Below the pieces are notes generated by a model that made no database searches, was not told where the DNA came from, and worked only from the letters and a program-made list of their open reading frames with translations. From contig JAKFBS010000002.1 in assembly GCA_036677065.1 (NCBI GenBank), positions 256,001 to 320,000 on the forward strand: 64,000 nucleotides of DNA, read 5' to 3'. The position numbers and the translations under genes are program-made. This document shows, one piece after another, positions 18,326 to 29,065 of this stretch (its first letter is position 1; each line of letters starts with the position of its first letter). The stretch is from Bdellovibrio sp. Lineage in GTDB: Bacteria; Bdellovibrionota; Bdellovibrionia; Bdellovibrionales; Bdellovibrionaceae.

Positions 18326-18712
18326 TTAAGTGAAAATGATGGCTTTACCGATTGGAGCAAACGAGATTTTAGCTAATTTAAAATGCTGTAAACCCCAAGG
18401 CAGGCCAATGATTGTGATGCTAAATAATAAACCCCAGAAAATATGCAGGGCGGCTAACCACCAACCACAGAATACAAACCATAAAATATTACCTAAGGTG
18501 CCAAGTGAGCCGGTGCCGATATCTGATCCAGTACGAGTTTGCACGCTTGAGCCGAAAGGCCAAAGGTTTAATAAACCAATATTAAAAGCGGCGCGCGCCC
18601 ACGGAATTCCAACAATTGAAATCACCATAAAAAGAGCTGAGGTAAACCAAGATAAGGCCGTCGTCCAACCGCCAAAAAACAACCACAATAAGTTTAATAA
18701 AACATTCATCAT
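18326..18712 (-). CDS. YccF-family inner membrane protein
   Basis: Two repeats of N.LW..F.GW...(S)IIG(I/L)PW...LWPFG/FAPIG. Confidence 0.88.
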   Translation of the reverse strand: MMNVLLNLLWLFFGGWTTALSWFTSALFMVISIVGIPWARAAFNIGLLNLWPFGSSVQTRTGSDIGTGSLGTLGNILWFVFCGWWLAALHIFWGLLFSITIIGLPWGLQHFKLAKISFAPIGKAIIFT

Positions 18713-19207
18713 TTAAATTTTCATCCTTTTAACAGTTGTGCTTTGATCAAGACGAAACTTTTCTAGTTTTTTAGCGATGTCTTGATTTTCAATCGCTAAC
18801 ATTTGTAGAGCTAGTAATCCTGCGTTGGCAGAATTGCCAATCGACACCGTCGCCACAGGCACACCTTTTGGCATTTGTACGATTGAAAGTAAACTATCCA
18901 TACCGTCTAATGATTTAGATTTTACCGGCACACCGATAACTGGCAGGGTCGTGTATGAGGCAGTCATTCCGGGTAAGTGAGCAGCGCCTCCAGCACCAGC
19001 GATAATCACTTTAATCCCATTATCACGTGCATTCATGGCAAATTCACGCATATCATCCGGAGTTCTATGTGCCGATAAAACTTTTTTTTCAAAAGGAATT
19101 TTAAAATCAGTTAAGACTTCGCAAGCGGCTTTCATGGTCTCCCAATCAGATTGGCTTCCCATAATAACAGCAACTTGAGCTTTTGATTTTTTAATGGTTT
19201 TTTTCAT
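18713..19207 (-). CDS. purE: N5-CAIR mutase
   Basis: [38 protein letters not shown]. Confidence 0.97.
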   Translation of the reverse strand: MKKTIKKSKAQVAVIMGSQSDWETMKAACEVLTDFKIPFEKKVLSAHRTPDDMREFAMNARDNGIKVIIAGAGGAAHLPGMTASYTTLPVIGVPVKSKSLDGMDSLLSIVQMPKGVPVATVSIGNSANAGLLALQMLAIENQDIAKKLEKFRLDQSTTVKRMKI

Positions 19208-20343
19208 AGAGAATAAATCCCTTTCAAATATTTTACCTGAGAAAATATTTCGTCTTTGTTGTTTCCACAGACTGTAAAATGTCCCATTTTTCGTCCGGGT
19301 TTTGATTGAGATTTTCCGTACAGGTGTAAGTGGCCATTTTTAACTTTTAAAAATTCTGCAATTGGTTCTAACTGCGAAATTTGGTTTTTAGTGCCTAATA
19401 AATTTAGCATGACTGCGTATTTGCTGGTTAAAGTCGTTTCACCCAAAGGTAAACCCATCACGCTGCGCACGTGATTATGAAACTGTGAGGTCACGCACGC
19501 ATTCATGCTGTAATGCCCAGAATTATGTGGACGCGGGGCTGATTCATTTAAATAAACTTGATCATCATCTGTCAGAAAAAACTCGAAAGCATATAAGCCG
19601 CGCGCATTGATCGCTGTTAGCGCAAGGTCTGTAAATGCTTTAATTTTATTTTCTACATTCGTCGAAATATCTGCAGGAATTGTAACATAATGGCAAATGT
19701 GGTTTTCTTGCACGGTTTCAGCAATTGGATAATAAACTGTGCCGCTATCGTTTCGCGCTGCCATGATAGCGATTTCTTTTTTATATGGAACAAAAGCTTC
19801 GACTAATTTACGGCCTTTTAGTTTTTGTAGTGCTTCGTCAATCATCTCTTCAGATTTAATAGTTACGTTGCCGTAACCGTCGTATCCACCTTTTGCAGAT
19901 TTCATAACGACTGGTAGTCCGTAAGTATTAATAAACGCAATGACATCTGATTTTGTTGTAACTTCCTGGTACGGGCAAACGGCAATACCAGCATTACTGA
20001 ACGTATTTTTTTCGGTGATTTTATCTCCGATTAATTTAAATGTCTCTGCTGATGGGTAAAGTTTGTTAGGTTTTCTCTGTTCAATTGCTTCTAGAATAGA
20101 TTGATCGATGAACTCATTTTCTAAAGTGATGTAATCACACTGATCGGCGAAAGCTAAAATTTTATCTATATTATTAAAGTCAGATTTTGTAGTGAAGTTA
20201 GCAACTGCAGATGCGGGGCTTGTTGTATCAGCGGCTTCGTTGCATAAGACATGAGTTTTGATTCCTAGGTCGTGTGCGGCCAGAGCTGTCATACGAGACA
20301 ACTGTCCGCTTCCTAAAATACCTAAGACCGTATTCGCATTCAT
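19204..20343 (-). CDS. purK: N5-CAIR synthetase
   Basis: [31 protein letters not shown]...RKMGH. Confidence 0.96.
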   Translation of the reverse strand: MNANTVLGILGSGQLSRMTALAAHDLGIKTHVLCNEAADTTSPASAVANFTTKSDFNNIDKILAFADQCDYITLENEFIDQSILEAIEQRKPNKLYPSAETFKLIGDKITEKNTFSNAGIAVCPYQEVTTKSDVIAFINTYGLPVVMKSAKGGYDGYGNVTIKSEEMIDEALQKLKGRKLVEAFVPYKKEIAIMAARNDSGTVYYPIAETVQENHICHYVTIPADISTNVENKIKAFTDLALTAINARGLYAFEFFLTDDDQVYLNESAPRPHNSGHYSMNACVTSQFHNHVRSVMGLPLGETTLTSKYAVMLNLLGTKNQISQLEPIAEFLKVKNGHLHLYGKSQSKPGRKMGHFTVCGNNKDEIFSQVKYLKGIYSL

Positions 20344-20351
20344 GTGCGTTC

Positions 20352-20380
20352 AATATACGAGTGACTGCCTAAATATTCAA
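20352..20380 (-). promoter_or_regulatory. Sigma70-like promoter of purK-purE
   Basis: TTGAAT-N17-TATATT, 8 nt before the purK ATG; no SD sequence. Confidence 0.55.
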
Positions 20381-20395
20381 TGAGATTATGGCTGT

Positions 20396-20842
20396 ATGGG
20401 TTCACCTAAAGTTAAAGTAAAGGCGCAGGTATTGATCATTAACAATGATAAGGTGCTCGTATATCGCGTATTAGACGAAAAAACTGGAACACATATATAT
20501 AGACTGATCGGCGGTCGGATCGAGTTCGGCGAATTGTCTGAAAAAGCAGCTATTCGTGAATTTTTTGAAGAAACTCATATCGAAGTGAAATGCCTAAAGC
20601 ATGTGGGTTGTTTTGAAAGCATCTATATATTGCACGGCAAACCAAAACACGAATTCGTACAAATTTATGTCTGCGAATTTGTTGATAAATCCCATTATAA
20701 TAAAATAAGTTTTAAACTTTTCGAACCTGGTGAAATTTTAAATGACGCAGAATGGGTTGATGCAAAATTGTTAAGTCAGAAATCGACGCCATTTTATCCA
20801 GAAAAGTTAAAAGACATTTTTCTTGAAAAGATTTCTATCTAA
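20396..20842 (+). CDS. NUDIX hydrolase
   Basis: GGRIEFGE-X7-REFFEE Nudix box. Confidence 0.88.
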   Translation: MGSPKVKVKAQVLIINNDKVLVYRVLDEKTGTHIYRLIGGRIEFGELSEKAAIREFFEETHIEVKCLKHVGCFESIYILHGKPKHEFVQIYVCEFVDKSHYNKISFKLFEPGEILNDAEWVDAKLLSQKSTPFYPEKLKDIFLEKISI

Positions 20843-20851
20843 TCCTATAGT
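20823..20851 (+). promoter_or_regulatory. Sigma70-like promoter of the purF operon
   Basis: TTGAAA-N17-TATAGT overlapping the NUDIX 3' end. Confidence 0.6.
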
Positions 20852-20926
20852 CTGAGGCACAACACTTAACCATCCATGTGTTCAGTAGACTAGTAATACA
20901 TGTGGTGTTTTTATATAGGAGTCCCC

Positions 20927-22426
20927 ATGTGTGGTGTGATTGGAGTTTTTGGAACTCCGTATTCATCTCAAGAGGTTCAACAAGGTTTGCAGCTCTTGCA
21001 ACACCGAGGACAAGACGCAGCCGGCATCCTATCTTTTAATTCTCAAACAAAAAATTTTTCGCTCTATAAAGATGTAGGTTTAGTTTCTAAAGTTTTCGAT
21101 GACAGCAAGCTTTATGGAATAACCGGCGATATCAGCATTGGCCACACGCGCTATGCCACCGTCGGGCCCAAGACGGTCATTGATGCAAAAAGGGATTTGC
21201 AGCCAATGATGGTGAATTATCCCTTCGGTATCGGAATGGTCCATAACGGTAATCTAGTAAATTACTATCAGTTAAAAAAAGAATTAAAAGAAACCAAGAA
21301 CAGAATTCTTTTCACGCAAAACGACCTAGAAGCCTTATTAAATATCTTATCTAACAACTTACTTGAAAAAAATAACTTAAACTTCTCATTCGACGAATTC
21401 CAAGCCTCAGTAAAGTCCCTCTTTGATCAAGCCAAAGGGGGATTTTCAGTTTTGGGCGTCATCGCTGAAAAAGGCTTTTTTGCTTTTCGCGATCCGCACG
21501 GCATTCGCCCTCTTATTTTAGGCCGCAGAACGCTAACTGAAGAAGAAAAAAAACAAAACCCAAATCATTTTGGTGTAAGTTACTGTGCAAGTTCTGAAAC
21601 TAATGCGATGAATTTTCTAGGTTATGAAGTGATTCGCGATTTAAGCCCCGGTGAAATTATCTTTATTGATAATTCGGGCGAAATTTATTCATCTTCAAAT
21701 TATTCGACGCAAAATAAAATTCCGGCTAAAACTTGCATGTTTGAATATGTGTATTTTTCTAATCCAGAATCAAAATTAGAAAATGTCAGTATTTACGGTG
21801 CACGTTTAAATTTTGGTAAATACATTGCTGAAGAAATTCGCCATAAAATTGATTCTGGCGTCATTAAGCCGGATATCATCGTACCGATTCCTGAAACTTC
21901 TCGCGTAGCGGCCATCAGTATGTCTGAAACTTTAGGAATCCCGTACCGCGAAGTTTTAATTAAAAATCGTTATATTCAACGCAGTTTTATTTTAAATACC
22001 CAAGAATCCCGCAAGCGCGCAGTGCAGTTAAAATTAACGGCCATTGCTTCTGAGATTAAAGGCAAAAATGTAATGTTAGTGGATGACTCAGTAGTTCGCG
22101 GAACGACATCTAAGAAAATCATCGATATGGTTCGTGAAGCGGGTGCTAATGAAGTTTATTTAGCTTCAACTTGTCCGCCGATTCGTCATCCTTGTTTTTA
22201 CGGCGTTGATTTTCCAGACCCGAATGAATTAGTCGCTCACGGTAAAACTGAAACTGAAGTGGCTAAGATATTAGGTGCGGATCATTTATTTTATTTAACT
22301 GTTGAAGGTTTAAAGAAAAGTATCGGGTCAGATAAACTTTGCATGGCTTGTATTGATGGTAAATACCCGGTCGATACTTCGAATAAAGCTTTTAGTGAAA
22401 TGCGCCAGGCGCACCGCGGGGTTTAA
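20927..22426 (+). CDS. purF: Amidophosphoribosyltransferase
   Basis: MCG N-terminal nucleophile with AGGAG RBS, LQHRGQDAAG, GHTRY, VDDSVVRGTTS PRPP loop. Confidence 0.97.
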   Translation: MCGVIGVFGTPYSSQEVQQGLQLLQHRGQDAAGILSFNSQTKNFSLYKDVGLVSKVFDDSKLYGITGDISIGHTRYATVGPKTVIDAKRDLQPMMVNYPFGIGMVHNGNLVNYYQLKKELKETKNRILFTQNDLEALLNILSNNLLEKNNLNFSFDEFQASVKSLFDQAKGGFSVLGVIAEKGFFAFRDPHGIRPLILGRRTLTEEEKKQNPNHFGVSYCASSETNAMNFLGYEVIRDLSPGEIIFIDNSGEIYSSSNYSTQNKIPAKTCMFEYVYFSNPESKLENVSIYGARLNFGKYIAEEIRHKIDSGVIKPDIIVPIPETSRVAAISMSETLGIPYREVLIKNRYIQRSFILNTQESRKRAVQLKLTAIASEIKGKNVMLVDDSVVRGTTSKKIIDMVREAGANEVYLASTCPPIRHPCFYGVDFPDPNELVAHGKTETEVAKILGADHLFYLTVEGLKKSIGSDKLCMACIDGKYPVDTSNKAFSEMRQAHRGV

Positions 22427-22430
22427 AGTG

Positions 22431-23471
22431 ATGAATCAGCTGCCTCCTCTTTTATACCAAGGCTCAGTTAAGAATGTGCGTGGCCTTGCAAAAGATGCTT
22501 CGTTAGTTTTTGAATACTCTGATCGTTATTCAGTTTTTGATTGGGGTGAAATGCCAGATCAAATTTTGGGTAAGGGTGCAGCGCTTAATTTAATGGGTTA
22601 TGCGTTTTTTCAGTACCTAGAAAAGCAAATCGGTTTGAAGCATCATATGCTAGGTCTAGTCGGAACAGGTGCAACGAATCTTTGTTCGGTTAAAAATGTT
22701 AAAGTTGTTCGACCTCAAAAAGAAGGTGCAACTTATAACTATCAACCTTATCAACAGCGTCTTGTAAATTCTTTAGTTCCCTTAGAAGTGATTTTTCGTT
22801 TAGGTTTAGCCCAAGGCAATTCGTTATCAAAAAGATTTAAATCAGATTCAGAATTGGTAAAACAATTTGGATTAACTGCGGTTCGTAAAGAGGGTCAGTT
22901 ATTAGAAAAGCCCTTAATTGATTTTTCGACAAAACTTGAAGCGGGTGATCGCTACGTCACTTATGCCGAAGCACAAACAATCTCTGGAATGACTTCGACT
23001 GAATTTAAAAAATTAATCGCTAAAACTACAGAAATCGCTCTTTGTTTAAAAGACTTTCATCAAAAGATGGGGCTAGAGCTTTGGGATGGTAAAGTTGAAT
23101 TTGCTTTCATTGAAGGGGATTCACAAGACCGTGATTTCATGTTGGTCGATTCCATCGGGATCGATGAATTGCGTTTAATCTCTGAGGGTAAAAGTTTATC
23201 AAAAGAATTCTTACGCGAAATCTATAAAAACTCGACTTGGTATCAAGCTTTGAATGACGCTAAAGAAGAAGCTGCTTTAAGTCAGGGTGATTTTAAAGAA
23301 ATTTGTAAAAATAAGTATCAGCAAAATCCTCCAAATCTCTCACCTTTAAATAAACAAAAAGCCGAAGACTTGTATCAAAGTTACTGCAATTCGGTGTATG
23401 CGCAGATGAATTTACCACTTCCTTTTAATCCTGAATTGAACGTTAAAAATTACGTGGGTAAATATCTATGA
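22431..23471 (+). CDS. purC: SAICAR synthetase (extended form)
   Basis: LYQGSVK, SDRYSVFD, PLEVIFR, FSTKLE, DGKVEF, SKEFLR; position in pur operon. Confidence 0.9.
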   Translation: MNQLPPLLYQGSVKNVRGLAKDASLVFEYSDRYSVFDWGEMPDQILGKGAALNLMGYAFFQYLEKQIGLKHHMLGLVGTGATNLCSVKNVKVVRPQKEGATYNYQPYQQRLVNSLVPLEVIFRLGLAQGNSLSKRFKSDSELVKQFGLTAVRKEGQLLEKPLIDFSTKLEAGDRYVTYAEAQTISGMTSTEFKKLIAKTTEIALCLKDFHQKMGLELWDGKVEFAFIEGDSQDRDFMLVDSIGIDELRLISEGKSLSKEFLREIYKNSTWYQALNDAKEEAALSQGDFKEICKNKYQQNPPNLSPLNKQKAEDLYQSYCNSVYAQMNLPLPFNPELNVKNYVGKYL

Positions 23472-24745
23472 GAATTTTAATCGTCGGCAGTGGCGGCCGT
23501 GAACACGCCTTAGCTTGGAAAATTTTGCAGTCGCCCAAAGTGCGCCAAGTTTTTATTGCTCCAGGAAATCAAGGCATCACTGATAAACTGCCAAATCTGA
23601 CAGCGGTAGATATTAAAGCTACAGATATTGAAGCTTTATTGGCTTTCGCTCTTAAAGAAAAAATTGATTTAACCGTTGTAGGCCCCGAGAATTCTTTAGA
23701 AAAAGGAATTCAGGATCAATTTAAAGCTAACGGTTTAAAAGTATTCGGCCCATCAAAAGCGGCAAGCCAACTAGAATCATCTAAAACTTTTGCTAAACAA
23801 GTTATGATCGCGGCAGGTGTTCCGACAGCTGAGTATCAATCATTTGCTAGTTTTCAAGCAGCGACTCAATTTATCGAACAAGCCCGATGGACGCAGATGG
23901 TAGTAAAAGCTGACGGCTTAGCTGCAGGAAAAGGCGTCGTCGTTTGTGCAGATAAAGCCGAAGCTTTTGCTGCGGTAAAAAGTTTTATGGTCGATGATAT
24001 CTTGGGTTTTAAAGTTACAAATTTATTAATCGAAGAATTTTTAGTTGGACCAGAAGTTTCAGTATTTGCATTAAGTGACGGTAATAACGTCACTTTCTTA
24101 GGAACCGCTGGTGATCACAAAAGATTGCGCGACGGTGATCTTGGTCCTAACACAGGTGGTATGGGAGTGATCTCGCCATCGCCATATTTTGCAGCCGCAG
24201 ATCAAGAATTAGTAATGCAACAGATTTTCACACCTGTAGTTCTTGAAATGAAAAAACGCGGAACACCTTTTTCTGGAGTGCTATTTGCTGGATTAATGAA
24301 AACTTCTAACGGCTATAAAACCTTAGAGTTTAACGTGCGTTTTGGTGATCCTGAAACTCAGGCACTGATGATGTTAATTGATGAAGACATTGTTTCATTA
24401 TTTTTAGCCTGCGCCGAAGGCGCGTTACATAATACTTCTGTAACATTGAAATCTGAAAAAGCGATTCATGTGGTGCTTGCAGCTTTCGGCTATCCGGGCA
24501 CCGAGGGAATTCCAGTTCGCGCTGGTGATGAAATTTCATTGCATCACACCATTCAAGGCCAAATGTTTTTTGCAGGTGTTGCAAAGCTTGATGGGCATTT
24601 TGTAACTGCGGGCGGTCGGGTTCTTGGAATCACTGCAATCGGCGAAACCTATTCTGAAGCGCGCACTAAAGCTTATAATTCAATCGCCACTGTTAAATTT
24701 GCCGGTTCTCAATGTAGATCCGATATTGGAGCCGGGCATGCCTAA
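23468..24745 (+). CDS. purD: Phosphoribosylamine-glycine ligase
   Basis: GSGGREHAL, KADGLAAGKGV, GPNTGGMG, EFNVRFGDPE. Confidence 0.97.
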   Translation: MRILIVGSGGREHALAWKILQSPKVRQVFIAPGNQGITDKLPNLTAVDIKATDIEALLAFALKEKIDLTVVGPENSLEKGIQDQFKANGLKVFGPSKAASQLESSKTFAKQVMIAAGVPTAEYQSFASFQAATQFIEQARWTQMVVKADGLAAGKGVVVCADKAEAFAAVKSFMVDDILGFKVTNLLIEEFLVGPEVSVFALSDGNNVTFLGTAGDHKRLRDGDLGPNTGGMGVISPSPYFAAADQELVMQQIFTPVVLEMKKRGTPFSGVLFAGLMKTSNGYKTLEFNVRFGDPETQALMMLIDEDIVSLFLACAEGALHNTSVTLKSEKAIHVVLAAFGYPGTEGIPVRAGDEISLHHTIQGQMFFAGVAKLDGHFVTAGGRVLGITAIGETYSEARTKAYNSIATVKFAGSQCRSDIGAGHA

Positions 24746-25328
24746 GATTGTTGTCCTTGCTTCAGGAAGTGGATCAAATGCAGAAGCAATCATCCGCTTT
24801 GCACAAGAGCACAACTCTTTTGAAGTGGCGGCCGTGATCTCGGATAAAGCTGAGGCTTTGGTCTTACAGCGCGCTAAAAACCTTAAAGTTGAAGCTCAAG
24901 TTGTTGAAAAAACAAAATCTGAATCAAAAGCCGCCTTTGAACAAAGACTTGTTCATGAAATTAAAAAACATCAACCGGACTGGATCGTGCTTGCTGGTTT
25001 TATGAAGCTACTTTCGCATGAGTTTTTACAAAACTTTTATGACCCTAAAATTAAGCACTTTAAAGTTATAAATATTCACCCGTCGTTATTGCCGTTATTT
25101 CCAGGTAAAGATGCTTACGAGCAATCTTATAGAGCGCAAAAGAGCGAATATGGCTGCACCATTCATTTTGTCGATGAGGGCATGGATACTGGAAAGATCA
25201 TTTTCCAAGAACGTTTAAAAGCAATCGAAGGCGAAGATTTTGAATCTTTCAAAGCCCGCGGTTTAGCCGCAGAAAATAGAATTTACCCGATTATTTTAGA
25301 AAAACTATTTAAGGAGTATTCAACGTGA
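24738..25328 (+). CDS. purN: Phosphoribosylglycinamide formyltransferase
   Basis: LASGSGSN, LAGFM, NIHPSLLP, GCTIHFVDEGMDTG; start at the ATG overlapping the purD end. Confidence 0.95.
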   Translation: MPKIVVLASGSGSNAEAIIRFAQEHNSFEVAAVISDKAEALVLQRAKNLKVEAQVVEKTKSESKAAFEQRLVHEIKKHQPDWIVLAGFMKLLSHEFLQNFYDPKIKHFKVINIHPSLLPLFPGKDAYEQSYRAQKSEYGCTIHFVDEGMDTGKIIFQERLKAIEGEDFESFKARGLAAENRIYPIILEKLFKEYST

Positions 25329-28297
25329 AAACTACTTACAGATTTGAAATTTACCCAAATCAACATCAATCAACTGAAATGAGCTCGACAGAAAAGAAAA
25401 CCACAGAATGGATTTCTAAATACTGCAACATAAAATTTGATAAGCTGTTTAAAGCTAATTATTTCTTGTTAGAATCTAATGAGCCAATTGCAGGGATTGA
25501 TGATTTTGCAAAAACGATTTTAACAGATTCAGTGACTGATGTTTTATTCTCTTCTGAATCTAAAAACATGGATCTAGTTTCATACCTAGGCAAACGTGGA
25601 TTCATAGACCCTGTCTTGTGTGATATCAGCTTTAAGCCTGGTGTTACTGATAATTCTGCGCAAGCTGTGCTTGAAGCTTTTAAATTAATACCAGATTTAA
25701 AAAAATATGAATTAAACGTAGCTTCGGGCGAATGCTATTACTTACAAAGCACTGAAAGCTTAACAGATGAAGCTTTTGAAAAAGTAAGCTATGAAAAATT
25801 AGCTAATCAGCTATTACATAAAGTAGTCATTCAGCGTAAAGCGGCGATTGCTTCGAATGTTCGTATGCAAGCTCCTAAAATTGTAGAAGTCGTTTCAACT
25901 TCTCATGAAGCTACAACAATCGATTTAAATTTAGATAATTCAGCTCTATTAAAACTAAACACAGATAATTGCTGGGCTTTAAGTCTGGATGAAATTCATT
26001 TTGTCCGCGATTACTTTAAAACTCTAGACCGTAATCCTACTGATGTTGAGATGGAAGTCATTGCGCAAAGTTGGTCAGAGCACTGTAAACATAAAATATT
26101 TGCAAGTCATATTGAATACACCGAAGGCCAACTTCCGCCTCATATGAAAAAGCTTGGAAATTTTGAAGTAAACAGTTTATTCAAAACTTTTATTCGCGGG
26201 GCGACCGAGAAAATTAAAGCAGATCGTAATCTTCAATGGTTAATCTCGATCTTTCACGACAACGCGGGGATTGTGCGCTTTGATAAAAACGTCGATGTTT
26301 GTATTAAAGTTGAAACTCATAACTCGCCTTCGGCATTAGATCCTTACGGTGGGGCATTGACGGGGATTTTAGGTGTTAACCGCGATATCTTAGGTTGTGG
26401 ACAAGGCGCAAAGCCTATCGCTAATACGAATGTATTTTGCTTGAGCGAAGATTCATTCTTTAAAGAAAACAATATCAAATTACATCCAAGACTTAAAAAC
26501 CCAGACCGCATCGCAGAAGGCGTGCATTTGGGAGTGCAAGATGGTGGTAATAAATCAGGTGTTCCAACAGTAAATGGAGCTTTCGTATTTGATAAAGACT
26601 ATGTAGGTAAACCCTTAGTATTCTGCGGAACAATCGGGGTATTACCACAAGTAGAAAATAATTTATCAACTGCTGAAAAAAGACAACAACCCGGCGACTA
26701 CATTGTGATGTCGGGTGGTAAGATCGGTAAAGACGGCATTCACGGGGCCACATTTAGCTCGATGGAATTAAACGAAAATGCACCGGCTTCAGTTGTGCAA
26801 ATCGGTGATCCAATCACGCAAAAACGTCTAGGTGATTTTTTAATCGAAGCTCGGCAAAAAAATCTTTTCTCAAGTGTAACAGATAACGGTGCTGGCGGCT
26901 TAAGTTCATCAGTGGGCGAAATGGCTGGTTTAACGAACGGAGCAATCGTTGATTTAGATCGCGCTCCAACGAAATATCCAGGCTTATCACCTTTTGAATT
27001 GATGGTGAGTGAATCGCAAGAGCGCATGACTTTCTCCGTTCCAAAAGAAAAAGTTCACCAGTTCTTACAACTTTCAGAAAAAAGAAATGTTTTATCAACT
27101 GTCATTGGGGAATTCACAAACCAAGGTCAGTTATTAGTTCGCTATAACGGAAAAACCGTAGCTGATCTAAATTTACATTTCTTGCATGAATCCCTTCGCC
27201 CTATGCAGTTAAAAGCTCACATTGATCAAACAAGTGTCGAGCAATCTAAAAAGACTCACTGGTTAAATGGCAAAGTTAAAGATGAAATTAAGCCAACTGA
27301 TGCAAAAGCTCAGTTATTAGCTTTAATGGCTTCAGCAAATGTTAGATCACACGAACATCTTGTTCGCAGATATGATCACGAAGTAAAGGCTGCAACTTTA
27401 GTTAAACCATTCACAGGTTCTGAAAAAATCGGGCGTCACGCGCCAACAGATGCTGGTGTGATTTGGTTGTACCCTCATGGTGGCGAACGCGATAACGCGA
27501 TCTCTGTATCTTGTGGTATTGCCCCGCAAATTTCACAGCATGACGCTTATGAAATGGCTGTTTGGGCTTTAGATGAAGCCGTTCGAAACAGTGTCTGTGT
27601 TGGCGCTGATCCGACTGAGATGGTGTTAATTGATAACTACTGCTGGCCAGATCCAATCACATCTGGCAAAAATCCAGATGGTGCGCATAAGCTTGCACAA
27701 TTAGTTCGTACATCAAAAGCAATCTATGATCTAAGTGTTGATTACGGAATGCCATTTGTAAGCGGTAAAGATTCAATGAAAAATGACTTTATGGCTGATG
27801 ATGTGAAGATTTCGGTTCAGCCGACTTTATTAGTCACAGCTATGGGCCGTGTTCGTAGTTTAAATCATATTACGACAAGTGAAGCAAAAAATGTGAGTGA
27901 TTTAGTTTATTTGATCGGACCAGATCAATTAACTGATTTCAAAAAACAATTAGGTTTGTACAAAACTCTTCATAAAGCGATTACGTTAGGCTTTGTAAAT
28001 AGCGCGCACGATGTTTCAGAAGGTGGCTTAGCTGTGAGTTTAACTGAAAAAATCATGTCGACGACTTTAGGTTTAGAAATTGATACCGAATTAGACCTAT
28101 TTCAAGAGAGTGCTGGACGTATCGTAGTTACAATTGATTCTGCTAAGAAAAAAGAATTCGCTCAGTTGTTTACTAGCGATTGCACTTTATTAGGAACAGT
28201 TACTAGCGATGCAAAACTTACGATTAAAAATCAATTCAGCGTAAACAATACTGAAACATTAGCCGCATACCGCATTAAAGCAGCAGGAGCGATATAG
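25325..28297 (+). CDS. purL: FGAM synthase PurL subunit with N-terminal PurS-like extension
   Basis: KPGVTDN, QSWSEHCKHKIF, KVETHNSPS, DNGAGGL, SESQERM, SGKDSM, HDVSEGG. Confidence 0.94.
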   Translation: MKTTYRFEIYPNQHQSTEMSSTEKKTTEWISKYCNIKFDKLFKANYFLLESNEPIAGIDDFAKTILTDSVTDVLFSSESKNMDLVSYLGKRGFIDPVLCDISFKPGVTDNSAQAVLEAFKLIPDLKKYELNVASGECYYLQSTESLTDEAFEKVSYEKLANQLLHKVVIQRKAAIASNVRMQAPKIVEVVSTSHEATTIDLNLDNSALLKLNTDNCWALSLDEIHFVRDYFKTLDRNPTDVEMEVIAQSWSEHCKHKIFASHIEYTEGQLPPHMKKLGNFEVNSLFKTFIRGATEKIKADRNLQWLISIFHDNAGIVRFDKNVDVCIKVETHNSPSALDPYGGALTGILGVNRDILGCGQGAKPIANTNVFCLSEDSFFKENNIKLHPRLKNPDRIAEGVHLGVQDGGNKSGVPTVNGAFVFDKDYVGKPLVFCGTIGVLPQVENNLSTAEKRQQPGDYIVMSGGKIGKDGIHGATFSSMELNENAPASVVQIGDPITQKRLGDFLIEARQKNLFSSVTDNGAGGLSSSVGEMAGLTNGAIVDLDRAPTKYPGLSPFELMVSESQERMTFSVPKEKVHQFLQLSEKRNVLSTVIGEFTNQGQLLVRYNGKTVADLNLHFLHESLRPMQLKAHIDQTSVEQSKKTHWLNGKVKDEIKPTDAKAQLLALMASANVRSHEHLVRRYDHEVKAATLVKPFTGSEKIGRHAPTDAGVIWLYPHGGERDNAISVSCGIAPQISQHDAYEMAVWALDEAVRNSVCVGADPTEMVLIDNYCWPDPITSGKNPDGAHKLAQLVRTSKAIYDLSVDYGMPFVSGKDSMKNDFMADDVKISVQPTLLVTAMGRVRSLNHITTSEAKNVSDLVYLIGPDQLTDFKKQLGLYKTLHKAITLGFVNSAHDVSEGGLAVSLTEKIMSTTLGLEIDTELDLFQESAGRIVVTIDSAKKKEFAQLFTSDCTLLGTVTSDAKLTIKNQFSVNNTETLAAYRIKAAGAI

Positions 28298-29064
28298 TGA
28301 AAAATAAAGTAAAAGCCTTAATTTTAACTGGTGACGGTATTAACTGTGAAAATGAAACAGCCTTAGCATTTTCAGAACACGGATGCGTTACTAAAATCAT
28401 GCACGTGCAAGATCTTATCGATCAGCCGGGTTTACTAAGCCAATATCAAATACTAGCATTACCAGGTGGTTTTTCATTCGGTGATGAAATCGGTTCGGGC
28501 CAAATTCTAGCTCTAAAACTAAAATACTCGTTAGGTGTAGCGTTGACTGAATTCATCAATAATAAAAAACTAATCATCGGTATCTGTAACGGTTTTCAAG
28601 TGTTAGTGCGTTTAGGGTTACTGCCAAAGCCATTCACAGAGCGCCAAATGACGTTAACTCATAATCGCCAAGGTCATTTCATTAATAAATGGGTCAACTT
28701 AACAGTGCCAAAATCAAACTGCATTTGGACAAAGTCATTGCAAGGAAAAGAAATAGCTCTACCAATCAGACACGGTGAAGGAAAAATCACTTTCGCAGGA
28801 GATCAAGCCACGCAACATAATACTTTTTCAACGTTAGTTTCCCAAGGCCAAATCGCTTTATCATATACCGAAGATGTAAACGGATCGTACCAACAGATCG
28901 CAGGTGTAACTGATCCGACAGGCTGTATCTTAGGTTTAATGCCACATCCAGAGGCTGCAACGAACAATTGGTTATTACCAGATGGCACAGCGAAAAAATC
29001 TGGCCAAGCGTTCGGACAACAGTTTTTTATCAATGCCATCAAACACTGCGAAGAGAGGTTTTAA
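28297..29064 (+). CDS. purQ: FGAM synthase glutaminase subunit
   Basis: GINCE, PGGFSFGD, GICNGFQ, HGEG, MPHPE. Confidence 0.95.
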   Translation: MKNKVKALILTGDGINCENETALAFSEHGCVTKIMHVQDLIDQPGLLSQYQILALPGGFSFGDEIGSGQILALKLKYSLGVALTEFINNKKLIIGICNGFQVLVRLGLLPKPFTERQMTLTHNRQGHFINKWVNLTVPKSNCIWTKSLQGKEIALPIRHGEGKITFAGDQATQHNTFSTLVSQGQIALSYTEDVNGSYQQIAGVTDPTGCILGLMPHPEAATNNWLLPDGTAKKSGQAFGQQFFINAIKHCEERF

Positions 29065-29065
29065 A

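Noticed and set aside
18330..18716. 128-aa plus-strand ORF
   Set aside because: Antisense shadow of the YccF-family gene, with no motifs.
20852..20926. Canonical purine, ZTP or PRPP riboswitch
   Set aside because: The leader is too short and lacks recognisable aptamer consensus. Kept only as an unclassified leader.
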